Shown here piece after piece: positions 1 to 13,539 of a stretch of 64,000 nt of DNA. The notes beneath the pieces were generated by a model. The model was not told the origin of the DNA. It made no database searches and saw only the letters and a list, made by a program, of their open reading frames with translations. This DNA comes from Octopus sinensis (Eukaryota): NCBI RefSeq assembly GCF_006345805.1, contig NC_043020.1, positions 14,756,001-14,820,000 of the forward strand, read 5' to 3'. A program made the translations under genes and the position numbers. Numbering within the stretch: the stretch's first letter is position 1; each line of letters opens with the position of its first letter.

Positions 1-1599
1 TTTACAAGTGTGTAGGGTGACTAGAGTAGTGCCAGAAAAAGAGGTAGATGTTATGGGGATGAGGAGCCAGAACACAGCCTCAAAGTGCCATGTGTCATGA
101 GGTGTATAGAAGAGAACATGGAGACAAAAGAATCAGTAGTGGTGTGATGAGTAACTGTATTCAGGACTGGCTTTAGTAATATTTATAGTAGACAAAACTG
201 AAGACTGGGCCTTAAACACTAGGCTGCCTTTCATCAATTATCATCATCATCATCATCATCGTTTAACGTCCGCATTCCATGCTAGCATGGGTTGGACGGT
301 TCAACCGGGGTCTGGGAAGCCAGAAGGCTACACCAGGCTCCAGTCTGATCTGGCAGTGTTTCTACAGCTGGATGCCCTTCCTAACGCCAACCACTTCGTG
401 AGTGTAGTGGGTGCTTTTTACATGCCACCGGCACAGGTGCCAGGCAAGGCTGGCAACAGCCACGATCGGATGGTGCAATTATATGAATAAAAATGATGAA
501 AATTTGGAAACATTATTTCTCCATTAATGACTTGTGGGGATATAGTATTTCGTTATGCAACCATAATATACTATACAGTATTTTAAATGTTTTTATAAGT
601 TAATACCATGTTCAACTGTGTTAGCAGTGTGTTTTACATCACTTGTTAAGGTTCTCAACTCTTTTTCTCTTTTACTTGCTTCAGTCATGTGACTGTGGCC
701 ATGCTGGAGCACCGCCTTTAGTTGAGCAAATCGACCCCAGGACTTATTCTTTGTAAGCCTAGTACTTATTCTATCAGTCTCTTATGCCGAACTGCTAAGT
801 TACGGGGACATAAACACACCAGCATCAGTTGTCAAGCGATATTGAGGGAACAAACACAGACATACAAACATGTACACACACACATACATATATATATATA
901 CATATATGCGACGGGCTTCTTTCAGTTTCCGTCTACGAAATCCACTCACAAGACTTTGGTTGGCCCGAGGCTATAATAGAAGACAGTTGCCCAAGGTGCC
1001 ACGCAGTGGGACTGAACCCAGAACCATGAGGTTGGTAAGCAAGCTACTTACCACACAGCCACTCCTGCTGATGTTCTATAGAAATCATTGCTGGTTATAA
1101 TTCTATAGAATATCTGAAGAGATAGCCTAGCCTTAACAAGTGATTTTTTCTCCACATTGAAGCTCAATGTCTGTCATGCCTGTCGCTAAGGCGGTGCACT
1201 CAGTGGCACTGCGCCCTCGCTTTTCAGTGGTGCACCCTCAGATTTAGAGTGATACGCTAATTTCAAAACTACCACTTTAACATTATTACAAATTAGTGCC
1301 CACCCAGAATAATAATAATGAAATTATTGTATACAGTGCTCAGGTGCACCACAACTTGTCAGAAAGTGCGTATAAAGTACATGCAGTAATGTACAAATGT
1401 CTGGAAAGCGAACAATGTATGAGTCAGATACATGCTTGTGTGTGTATGGAGGAGAGAAAATCAGGTGTAGTGTTGGCGAATCTCAGAAAGCATGGAAGTT
1501 TTGAAGGATACAGTGCTCTGACAACTAACAACTGATGCCGGCAGTTTGTTCCATGCTTCAGCAACTCTCAGCGTGAATATTCTGAAGCATCATTAGGCA

Positions 1600-2925
1600 C
1601 TAAGGTCTGGTGATAGGCCTCATGGCTGTTAAAAGGATCTTCTTTGAAAAGCCTTTTCCAACTTTACAACAACATCATGAAAGTTTTAATTATATATCAT
1701 TATGAGCAATTAAAAAAATGTGATACTGACTTTGTAGAAATGTGGTTTACTTAGCTGATATTCATGACAAGATAAGCAACCTGAATTTGTTAATGCAAAG
1801 AAATAATTTTAATCTAAGTAGCTGTGATACCAGTGCCGGTGGCACATAAGAGAACCATCCAAACGTGGCCGTTGCCAGCCTCGCCTGGCCTCCATGCCGG
1901 TGGCACGTAAAAACCACCATCCGATCGTGGCCGTTGCCATCCTCTCCTGGCACCTGTGCCGGTGGCATGTAAAAAGCACCCACTACACTCATGGAGTGGT
2001 TGGCATTAGGAAGGGCATCCAGCCACAGAAACATTGCCAGATCAGACTGGGCCTGGTGCAGCCTTCTGGCTACTCAGACCCCAGTTGCACCGTCCAACCC
2101 ATGCTAGCATGGAAAGCAGACGCTAAACGATGATGATGATGATGATGATGATATATATATATATATCCCAGCTCCGTCTTCGACCTGTGCGGGTGGCACG
2201 TAAAAAGCACCCACCACACTCATGGAGTGGTTGGCGTTAGGAAGGGCATCCAGCCACAGAAACATTGCCAGATCAGACTGGGCCTGGTGCAGCCTTCTGG
2301 CTTCCCAGACCCCAGTTGAACCGTCCAACCCATGCTAGCATGGAAAGCGGACGCTAAACGATGATGATGATGATGATGACACTTAAAAAGAATGCAGTTG
2401 AGAATTTTTATCAATAAAATTAAATTAAGTGAAACCCTGGCAGAAGGGAGTTCTGTTAGCTTCCATTTATAAAAACCCTAATAATTCACTGATGATAAAT
2501 TGAGGACCTGCTGTGGACATTTATCACAACTGAAGAAAGATTTTGATACAGAATTTAATGAATTGGTTTGACTGATGATTCCTAACTGAGTAAAAAATCC
2601 TCCATTTCTGTACAAAATAGCATAACAAATCAATTTACATGAGACTCCATCTTTGATTTACAAAATGATGAAGAAATAATGAGGATTTTTATAAATCAAA
2701 GTGTGTAAAAAAATGTGGTTGTAATCTAAAATGTCATAAATTTGTGGATTGTTATTTTTTATTGCTTTTCCTACCTAATCTGGAGGAAAGAAAATTTTAG
2801 TGAAGTAAATCAAATTTTGACCAAAAATAGAAACTGAATGGAAGTCTAGAGATTTATGGCTTTTACCAAATTTAGAACCAAATCTTTCAGAATTTGCTGC
2901 TGATCACCAGCCACAGGAATGATAT
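1600..2925 (+). mobile_element. hAT (Charlie/FAM200-like) transposase remnant split by SINE insertions
   Basis: Decayed dimerisation-domain-like translation near 2760-2920 (AFPT...VNQILTKNRN...TKFRTKSFRICC/EPNLSE..ADHQPQ across frameshifts). Confidence 0.5.
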
Positions 2926-2956
2926 AAATAAACAATGTCTGCAATTTTAATTATTC

Positions 2957-3357
2957 GGATCTTTTCGGTTTGAACGGCAGTTTTTTCTAGCGGTGTCATA
3001 TGAAATTGTCACCCATAATTATGACCCTAGTATCGATCTATTGCATTTCAATCTGTTTTAGGGTTAGGGGTGGGAGGGAAGGGTGTCTTTTTTCTTCACA
3101 AATGTAAATAAACCCAATCTGTTTCTTAAACGAGGGACATATTCATACGGCACAGAATGTTTTTTACCTCAATAGACATATTTGATTGGTTGAAATTGCA
3201 GAAATCAAAGATAAAAACAACAAATATTTTACAAACTATAGAATTTTCTCAATAAAGCCAAGAGAAAAAGATGTATTATAAACACATTCTACCAGTATAC
3301 GAAGTTTAAAAGTGTTTAGTTACGTAGAAATTATGTTAATAACTGCCGAAAAGATCC
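2957..3357. mobile_element. MITE with GGATCTTTTCGG TIRs and an 8-bp TSD
   Basis: Left ggatcttttcgg(tttgaa)cggcagtt, right aactgccgaaaagatcc; exact TSD AATTATTC at 2949-2956 and 3358-3365. Confidence 0.85.
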
Positions 3358-3444
3358 AATTATTCTTATTTTAATCATATCAATATATGAATATGTTCTA
3401 TCATAATTATTCCTTTAATATCTGCAATAATAAGAATGTTGGTG

Positions 3445-3753
3445 TGCCTTGAGAGGGTCATTACATCAGTAATAATAAACACACACCCTGGTTCAATAAC
3501 ACTTCTTTCTTGTTAATCAGTTAATTAAATATCTCAAGGCAGACCTTGAAGACAGGAGGCATGTCATTGATTAAGTCATGAATAGTGACGAATTGACTTC
3601 GACAAACAACCAATTAATTGTCTAAAAAATACATCAAACAAATGATTGATTAGTTAGTTGGTTAGATATTTAACTGATTTACCAACAATCAAGAAGTGAT
3701 ATTGAATCAGTGCATGTATTTCTTATTATTGGCATTATGACCCTCCCAAGACA
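3445..3753. mobile_element. Probable MITE (imperfect 17-bp inverted ends)
   Basis: tgccttgagagggtcat vs atgaccctcccaagaca; TSD not resolved. Confidence 0.4.
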
Positions 3754-4085
3754 ATAAGATTTGTTTCAAAACATGAATCTACATTAAGAATCTTGTAAAC
3801 CAAGTACAAAATAAAATAAAAATGTTCTTTTACAGCTAAACATGTTTATATTCATTTTAAATTAAACTGTAACCATAACCCCGTGGCTTTCACTATGTAG
3901 GAGATGACCTTGGTGGTGAAAGTGGGTAGAAAGTGTCCAAATATTTTAGTGCTGAGGGTAACTTGTGAAGAAGGGTCGGGAAAACAATTTAGATTAATGC
4001 ACACACAGCAACAAGTCATTGAGTTGTATAAGTATGGATACATACATATATTTAATATATACGTTTATCTGTCTATCTGTCTCAG

Positions 4086-4139
<54 letters not shown>

Positions 4140-4342
4140 TGCAGCACAAAGCTTTGACATTGAACAGGTCGTGGTCTCAAAGCGACGAAAATATTTTGAC
4201 AAATTAAATTTACATGTTGAAGTGAATCTAACGGTTTTGTGTGTTATTTAAATGGCTTACAAACACCTTCCATGGTGCAATTGTTTTCATTCCAGCACAC
4301 GATCTCAGATCAAGTCACTTGCTATGCAAGTACATCTCCGTA

Positions 4343-4378
<36 letters not shown>

Positions 4379-4529
4379 ATATATATATATATATATAATA
4401 TACGTTTGTCTGTCTATCTGTCTGTGTGTGTGTATATATATATATATATATTATATATATATATTTATTTATTTTACTTTTTTATTTTATCTAGTTTCAG
4501 CTCACGAGCTGTGGCCATGCTGGGGCACC

Positions 4530-4790
4530 GCCATTTATATATACATATATATAAAATACAAAATGGGACAAGAACGCAAAACACCCGGACAACTAGGTGA
4601 TACAAAAAGGGACAACAAAACATCCAGATAGACGATACAAAGAGGTATTAGCAGACGCTCAGGGAAGGAAATGCAAGTAGCTTTACGTTTCGAACAAAGC
4701 TCTTCATCAGAAACAAGAGACAAAGGAAAGTCCAAGAGAAAAGGAGGACGGAGGAAAAAAATATAGCTTCGCTAAAGTACTGTTTTATTC
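4530..4790 (-). mobile_element. Penelope-like element terminal remnant carrying the hammerhead motif
   Basis: Similar in style to 16875-17215; minimal hammerheads are an established feature of PLE pseudo-LTRs. Confidence 0.45.
4681..4714 (-). ncRNA. Minimal (type I, Penelope-like) hammerhead ribozyme motif
   Basis: Minus strand GUUU-CUGAUGA-A-GAGC-UUU-GUUC-GAAAC-GUA|AAGC: intact CUGAUGA and GAAA core, 4-bp helix II, 4-bp helix I, palindromic ACGU in place of helix III. Confidence 0.55.
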
Positions 4791-4850
4791 TAGCTTTGGT
4801 ATTTGAGTACAGTTATACCTAGCATGTTTTGCACCTATTTGCTGACATGT

Positions 4851-4857
4851 CTGTCTG

Positions 4858-4893
<36 letters not shown>

Positions 4894-4977
4894 CCTATCT
4901 ATCTATCTATCTATCTTTCTACCTACCTACCTACCTACCTGTCTATCTACCTACCTATCTATCTCTACATACATACA

Positions 4978-5011
<34 letters not shown>

Positions 5012-6121
5012 CATACATACATACATACATAAATACATACATACATACATACATAAAAACATACATACATAAATACATACATACATACATACATAAATAC
5101 ATACATACATACATACATACATACATACATACATACATACATAAATACATACATACATACATACATACATACATCCATCCATCCATACATACATACATAC
5201 ATACATACATACATAATACATACATACATAAATACATACATACATACATACATACATACATACATACATAAATACATACATACATAAATACATACATACA
5301 TACATACATACATCCATCCATCCATACATACATACATACATACATACATACATAATACATACATACATAAATACATACATACATAAATACATACATAATA
5401 CATACATACATACATAAATACATACATACATACATACATAAATACATACATACATACATACATACATACATACATACATAAATACATACATACATACATA
5501 CATACATAAATACATACATACATACTACATACATACATACATAAATACATACATACATACATACATACATACATACATACATAAATACATATATACATAC
5601 AACATACATACATTCATACACACATACATAAATACATACATACATACATACATAAATACTACATACATACATACATACATACATACATACAAAATACATA
5701 CATACATACATACATAAATAATACATACATACATACATACATACATAATACTACATACATACATACATACATACATAAATACATACATACATAAATACAT
5801 ACATACATACATACATACATAATACATACATACATAAATACATACATAAATAATACATACATACATACATACATAATAAATACATACATACATACATACA
5901 TACATACATACATAAATAATACATACATACATACATACATAATACATACATACATAAATACATACATACATAAATACATAACATACATACATACATACAT
6001 ACATACATAATACATACATACATAAATACATACATACATACATACATACATAATACATACATACATAAATACATACATACATAAATACATACATACATAC
6101 ATACATAAATACATACATACA

Positions 6122-6152
<31 letters not shown>

Positions 6153-6185
6153 CATTCATACACACATACATAAATACATACATAT
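4851..6185. repeat. (TCTA/CCTA)n followed by a ~1.2-kb (TACA)n microsatellite
   Basis: Direct inspection; source of the MYVC/HTYI ORFs. Confidence 0.98.
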
Positions 6186-6254
6186 AACTATCTTTATCTA
6201 AATACTCTACTTCTCTATCTTAGCGTGCTTCTCTTTGGATTTATGATTTATTGA

Positions 6255-6257
<3 letters not shown>

Positions 6258-6315
<58 letters not shown>

Positions 6316-6415
6316 GTGTGTGTGTGTGTGTGTGTGTATGTGTGTGTATATATGTGTGTGTGTATATATAATGTGTGTGTGTGTATATATATGTGTGTGT
6401 GTGTGTGAGTGTGTG

Positions 6416-6458
<43 letters not shown>

Positions 6459-6460
6459 AT
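6258..6460. repeat. (TA)n/(TG)n compound microsatellite
   Basis: Direct inspection. Confidence 0.95.
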
Positions 6461-6949
6461 ACTAAGAGAGTTGTTTGTAGCCGTGTGGTGAGTACGCCCA
6501 CGTAGGTAAAAACCTTTTTAAATATGTAGAAATTACCTGAAGACAAAGAGGAGAGAGATTCGGCCAAAAGTGGAAATATTCGAGAAATATTTGTTCAATG
6601 AAGAACCGTGGCCACATTAATGTCTGCTAGTAAATAAAACAGAGTAGAACTATTGGTGTTTTGGTGTTTTGTCTTCAGAAAAGATGATGTGGGGTGAAGT
6701 TTGTGGGGTGGGCAGCGCAGAGAATTTAGGAATCACCTTTTCTCTTTGGGATTCCGTGTGTGTGTGTGTGTGTGTCTGTGTATCTGTGTGTCTGTGTGTG
6801 TGTGTGTGTGATATGCGGGTATAACAATGAATGGCAAAAATACACGTCTCAATGAAAATCTTTCATCGTTCAGTTGTAATTGTTTATACTTGTCATAGCT
6901 TTATTTATAAAGAACGGGGAGAAACCCCCGATTCGATTATCCAGGCCAG

Positions 6950-7251
6950 TGGCTGCGACGACGACAACAACAACAACAACAATAACGACGATGACGACAA
7001 CAACAACAACAATGCACACACACACACACACAGACAAATACACACACACACACACACACACACACCATCATTATGATCGTGGTCAGCGTTGTCCTCATTA
7101 TCATTGTCGCCGCTACCAACGGCATCGTTAAGAGCAGACGAAATAACATTGTTATCAGTAATAACAATAATTGCTGAAGCATCATTATCATTAACAGCAA
7201 CAAGAAGAACAACAGCAAGAGCAGCAGTAGCAGCAGTAGCAGCAATAATAA

Positions 7252-7295
<44 letters not shown>

Positions 7296-7574
7296 TAGTA
7301 GTAGTAGTAGTAACAATAATAATAATAATCATAATCATAATAATGATGGTGTGTTGCTAGGCGGATTGGGTTTGCTCTAGGAATTGAATGAACAAACAAA
7401 TGTGTGAATGAATGAATGAACGAGTGAAGCCCGTGAAGAAGGAGGAGGAGAAGAAGGAGAAGAAGAAGGAGAAGAAGAGAAGAAGAAGAAGAAGAAGAAG
7501 AAGAAGAAGAATTTTTTTTAATAGAAGAAAAAGAGTAACAAGAACAATAAATAAGACAGTGGATGATAACATGT

Positions 7575-7606
<32 letters not shown>

Positions 7607-7662
7607 AATGGGAAGGAGAAGGCAAAGAAGGGTCGGTGAAAAATGCAGACGACGACGACGAC

Positions 7663-7701
<39 letters not shown>

Positions 7702-8520
7702 ATGATGACGATAATGACGATGATGATGATGATGATGATGGGAAGGAGAGGGCAAAGAAAAGTCGGTGAAAATTGCAGACGACGATGTTGATAACAATAA
7801 CGACGACGACGATGATAATGATGAGGATGATGGCGACGACGACGTCGACGATGATGATGACGATGATGATGATGATGACGACGATAATGATGATGATGAT
7901 GATGATGGAAAGGAGAGGGCAAAGAAGGGTCGGTGAAAAATGCAGACGACGATGTTGATAACAATAACGACGATGATGATAATGATGAGGATGATGGCGA
8001 CGACGATGATTATGACGATGGTAGCGATGACAATGTTAATGATGAAAATGGCGATGACGATAAAAAGAGAGAAGTTTCTTTTGATATTTACCGGACGATT
8101 TCGATAAGAGGAACAAAACACAGTTGTTGCTGTTGTTGTTGCTGTTGCTGCTGTTCAGTCGTGTCGGTTTCGTCGAAATAACTTGAATGGCAGCGAAAGC
8201 ATCACCTCGCAAATATCGGAGCTAGTTTTCAGATGAACTGGAAACAGGTTGTTGTTGTTGTTGTTGTTGTTGTTCGTAGTGGTGGTGGTGGTGGTGGTGA
8301 AAGATGCTGTGGCAATGAGGGCGCCACTGATACTGATGATGATGGTAACAGCAGCAGCAGCAGTAGTAGTATTGATGCGGCGGTGGTGGTGGTGGTGGTG
8401 TGAAAGATGCTGTGGCAATGAGGGCGCCACTGATACTGATGATGATGGTAACAGCAGCAGCAGCAGTAGTAGTATTGATGCGGCGGTGGTGGTGGTGGTG
8501 GTGGTGGTGGATGCAGCAGA
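6950..8520. repeat. Cluster of trinucleotide microsatellites (CAA, GTA, GAA, GAT/GAC, GTT, GGT, GCA) with embedded compound minisatellite units
   Basis: Direct inspection. Confidence 0.95.
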
Positions 8521-8990
8521 GATAAATAAAACCCGTGTTGGTGGATGCAGTTTATGGTGTTATAGTTTTGTTGTGAGTTGTAAGAGTAAACGACTGAGTG
8601 TGAATTTAGAGTGAAAGAGGAAAACGAGAGGGTATTTTCCTTGAGTTGGGTCCGCTGCACAATTACTACCACCATCACCATCACTATCAGCAACAGCAAC
8701 AACATAGAGCAGACAGGTGTTTCCCTAATGCACTGAAGCAAAAACGTACCCCCATCATCAACCCCATCACCGTCGTAATAGTTGTCTAAAGATGTGGTCA
8801 CAGAAAATTTCCCAGGAACGCCTTCTGTACAAACAACATATACATAAGTGCCAACTAAAATCTTTGAAGTGATGTGCCAGACCACTTTTTAATACTGGAA
8901 ATTATAATCCTAATGAAATATATGTATGCATATACATATATGATTATGTATGCATATATCTAATGTGTGTGTAAATATATATATGTTTGT

Positions 8991-9078
<88 letters not shown>

Positions 9079-9689
9079 CTTTATTACCCACAAGGGGCTA
9101 AACACAGAGAGGACAAACAAGGACAGACAAACGGATTAAGTCGATTACATCGACCCCAGTGCGTAAATGGTACTTATTTAATCGACCCCGAAAGGATGAA
9201 AGGCAAAAATCGACCTAGGTGTGCGCTGCACGCACACCCATTGAAATATGGCAAATTCATTATAAATATTAACCATACTCATTTGTTTAATCACAAATCT
9301 TAATGTGAAACTTTTGTTATACCCCTGCTTGGAATTTGGTGGCATTGGGTGTAGCAGCACACCCAAACAACAGCTGCCATACGTCACTAAAACACACACA
9401 CACACACACAGAGGTTAGTTGAGTTAGAGGTTAAAATAACCGTCTAAGGGATAGAAGTATCCATCAGACTACCAGTATATTACCTATATTAGACCATGGG
9501 CATACATATGCAAACATATTTGGTTCATAAATTACAGGTGAAGACAAGAGTTTATCAAGAATCCAAATTTAAAGAAAACAGAAAATGGAGAAGTACTGAT
9601 TAACTTACATCAATTGTTATTATTAATTAATTAATAACAATTGATATAAGTCAATTGTTGTTCATCAGTTCTCCATTTTCTGTTTTCTT

Positions 9690-9917
<228 letters not shown>

Positions 9918-10008
9918 GAATATACATATTTATTAAAATATATGTATCATCATCATCATCATCATCGTTTAGCGTCCGTTTTCCATGCTAGCATGGGTTG
10001 GACGGGGA

Positions 10009-10039
<31 letters not shown>

Positions 10040-10258
10040 CTTAAGAAAACAGAAAATGGAGAAGAACTGATGAACAACAATTGACTTACATCAATTGTTA
10101 TTAATTAATTAATTAAATTAATTAATTGGCATTAGGAAGGGCATCCAGCTGTAGAAACTCTGCCAGATCAGATTGGAGTTTGGTTCGCCAGACCTCAGTC
10201 AAATCGTCCAACCCATGCTAGCATGGAAAGCGGACGTTAAATGATGATGATGATGATG

Positions 10259-10299
<41 letters not shown>

Positions 10300-10544
10300 T
10301 ATCTTTTTATCTTTTTACTTGTTCCAGTCATTAGACTGTGGCCATGCTGGGAATTTTAGTCAAATGAGTCGACAGCAGTGCCTTTTTTCTTTAAAGCCTG
10401 GTACTTATTCTATCGCCTATTTTTGCCAAACTGCTAAGTTACGGGGACGTAAACATACCAACACCAGTTGTCAAGTGGAGTTGGGGGACAAGAACAGACA
10501 CAAAGACACACAAAGCTAGTATATAGCTTTTAAGCAACTGACCC

Positions 10545-10660
10545 CGAATGGGAAGATCTGCAGACAGATCTCTGACTTGTTTTGGAGAATTTGTTGCAAT
10601 TGCTTCCTCCAGAGTCATATCCCAATGATGATCATATTCATCACAAAAAAATCATGTAAA
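10545..10660 (-). mobile_element. Helitron Rep/helicase remnant
   Basis: Translation CDEYDHHWDMTLEEAIATNSPKQVRDL resembles the Helitron D..HWD.TL.EA....SP.Q.R.L segment. Confidence 0.5.
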
Positions 10661-11187
10661 AATATTGCTGAAAACAAGTGCAGTAATGAAAACATAGAAA
10701 TCCAATTTCAGGATTGCAGGTCTGGATTTGGACCGGAATATTTTTAATTTACTCATGGAGTCAGCCTTATTCCAAAATGGTACGATATGTTGGGCTACGA
10801 CCTCTAGGAGTAAAGTTGAAAAAATGTGACACACTGCCATATTGACCTTTTATTATATTGAGACCCCCTTCGGTCATGACTGACTGTGGGATTGCACGTA
10901 GAAATTTACCCTCCCAGGCACAAGTCTGGGCAAGGTTGTTTATGGAAGACCAGCAGTCACCCACGCATACCGGCCTCCCCTCTCCACGCCACAAGTGTTA
11001 TCCAAAGGAAAGGCAACGGCCGATACAGCTTGGCACCTGTGACATCGCAACTCATTTCTACAGCTGAGTGAACTGGAGCAACATGAAATACGCAGCCTGG
11101 TCCGGGATTCGAACTCACAACCTCACAATCATAAGCTCGACGCCCTAACCACTGAGCCATGCGCCTTTTATTATATTATATTATTAT

Positions 11188-11492
11188 ACTAGCAGTATCG
11201 CCTGGCGTTGCTCGGGTTTGTAAGGGAAATAACTATATAAGCATTTTTAGGGAGTTATTTCCCTTATATAATAGCAAAAAGATGCATTAAAAATGGGAAA
11301 AAATGATGGTAAATTTTTTTTTAAATCGTAGACTCATCGTAGACGCGCGCTAATACCCAGAAGGGCTCGATATGAATGACGACTATAAGATACCCACTTT
11401 TGGTTAAACTGCACTGCAAAATGTGGGAGTAGTTAGGAATCTAAATCGTAGGAGACAGACACTCACACAACTTCACTTTTATATATAAAGAT
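11188..11492 (+). mobile_element. Helentron/Helitron-associated non-autonomous element (HINE-like), copy 1
   Basis: Starts actagcagtatcgcctggcgttgctcggg, ends cttttatatataaagat; near-identical to 20846-21246. Confidence 0.65.
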
Positions 11493-12062
11493 TATATTAA
11501 GGTGGCGAGCTGGCAGAATTGTTAGCACACTGGGCAAAATACTTACCAGTATTTTGTCTGCTGTTAGGTTTTGAGTTCGAATTCCACCAAGGTTGACTTT
11601 GCCTTTCATACTTTCCGTGTTGATAAAATTAGTACCAGTTACGCACATAGGGATTGATGTAATTCCTTCCCTTCCCCTAAAATTTGAGGCTTTGTGCTTC
11701 CAGTAAAAAAGATTTATTAAAGTTGAAAAAGTGTGACACACTGACATTCACATTTATTATATTAGAAATGTTTAATTTTGGGCAAACTTTATTCCAATTA
11801 TGGTGTATTATATATATATATGTTGTGTGTGTGTGTGTGTGTGTGTGTGTTCAGTATGTTGGTTCAGTGTTCAGTATGTTGGCCACAGGAATTTCTGTCA
11901 TAGAGACATGGTTAAACCAAGTTGTACATAATCTCCCTCTTTCTCTCACATACCCACTCTTTCTCTCTCTCTTATTATTACTCCCACTGCCACCATCAAC
12001 ACTGCTTCTTTTCATAAAACATCATCAACTCTCCTTAAATTTCTTTGTCTATCTTTCTCTCT

Positions 12063-12100
<38 letters not shown>

Positions 12101-12454
12101 TCACCACCGCACTCACTGTCTCTATGCCTACTATGACTCTCACCCCCAGCATGAGGAATAGAAGTGTCATTGAATAGTGAGAGAGGGGGTCGAAGTCTGA
12201 CATACAGACATACAGAAATTAGTTTTCGCATTTATTATATTAGATATATATATATATATATGATGGGCTTCTTTCAGTTTCCATCCACCAAATTCACTCA
12301 CAAGGCTTTGGTTGGCCCAAAGCTATAGTATAAGACACTTGCCCAAGATGCCACACAGTGGGACTGAACCTGGAACCATGTAGTTGAGAAGGAAGTTTTT
12401 TTATCACATAGCGATGCATGCACCAATATATATATATATATATATATCTTTGTC

Positions 12455-12461
12455 GTCGTCG

Positions 12462-12504
<43 letters not shown>

Positions 12505-12770
12505 TTAACGTCTTCCTTCCATGCTGGCATGGGTTGGATGGTTGACAGGACCTGGCCAGGCAGAAGATCATACATACATACATACACACACATACATATA
12601 CATACATACATACATACATACATACACACACATACATACACACACATACATACATACATACATACATACATAAATACATACATACATACATACATACATA
12701 CATACATACACACACATACATACGCACACACACATACATACATACATACATACATACATACATACAGGAT
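12455..12770. repeat. (CAT)n plus (TACA/CA)n microsatellites
   Basis: Direct inspection. Confidence 0.9.
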
Positions 12771-13539
12771 ACACTTGCAAGGAACAGGGACCAGAGCATA
12801 ATAGAGTAAGGAACCGAGATAAATGGTGACAAGTGCCAGCAGGGTACTGCCAAGAAGATGCGAGTAGGGGTTGGAGTGGGGAATACTGTGAATGGTGAGC
12901 GCCTGGGGATAAAGAGGGGGGGTGGAGAAATCAACAATACAGTGAGCAGGACAGTGAAGACAGGATTGGAGAATGGGAGATAATTATAGTGGATGAAGAG
13001 GAAATGTGAAGAAGGGAAGAAATGGTTTGGGAGAGGAGATGTAGTTTGGTCTGTTACTCTTTTACTTGTTTCAGTCATTTGACTGTGGCCATGCTGGAGC
13101 ACTGCCTTTAATCGAGCAAATCGACCCCAAGACTTATTCTTTGTAAGCCTAGTACTTATTCGATCGATCTATTTTGCCGAACCACTAAGTGATGGGGACG
13201 TAAACACACCAGCATCGGTTGTCAAGCAATGCTAGGGGGACAGACACAGACACAAACATACACATGCATACATATATATACATATATACGACGGGCTTCT
13301 TTCAGTTTCCGTCTACCAAATCCACTCACAAGGCTTTGGTCGGCCCGGGGCTATAGCAGGAGACACTTGCCCAAGATGCCACGCAGTGGGACTGAACCCG
13401 GAACCATGTGGTTGGTTAGCAAGCTACTTACCACACAGCCACTCCTGTGCCTATGTTAGTGTAGGGTGTGTGAAAATTTTATTGTTCTGTGTGGGTGGAA
13501 CACTATGCTTCTAGAACTCAGGTTCCCTGACCTGGGCAG

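Noticed and set aside
287-490. Recurrent ORFs MGWTVQ.../[12 protein letters not shown].../MSSNARGTN.../MTTDAGVF...
   Set aside because: They recur many times because they are read from SINE families A and C; they are not genes.
4951-6183. Long ORFs of 130-257 aa (MYVCMYVC.../HTYI...)
   Set aside because: Translations of (TACA)n microsatellite. The same applies to ORFs at 12404-13102, 17650-18921 and the YIYI/CVCV ORFs.
7600-7960. Repeat-spacer pattern superficially like a CRISPR array
   Set aside because: Eukaryotic context, only three units, spacers are microsatellite, and there are no cas genes.
6905-8885. Poly-D/H/S/L/Q-type ORFs of up to 254 aa that resemble low-complexity proteins
   Set aside because: All six frames are trinucleotide-repeat translations with frequent stops in the acidic frame; there are no splice-supported links to a recognisable domain.
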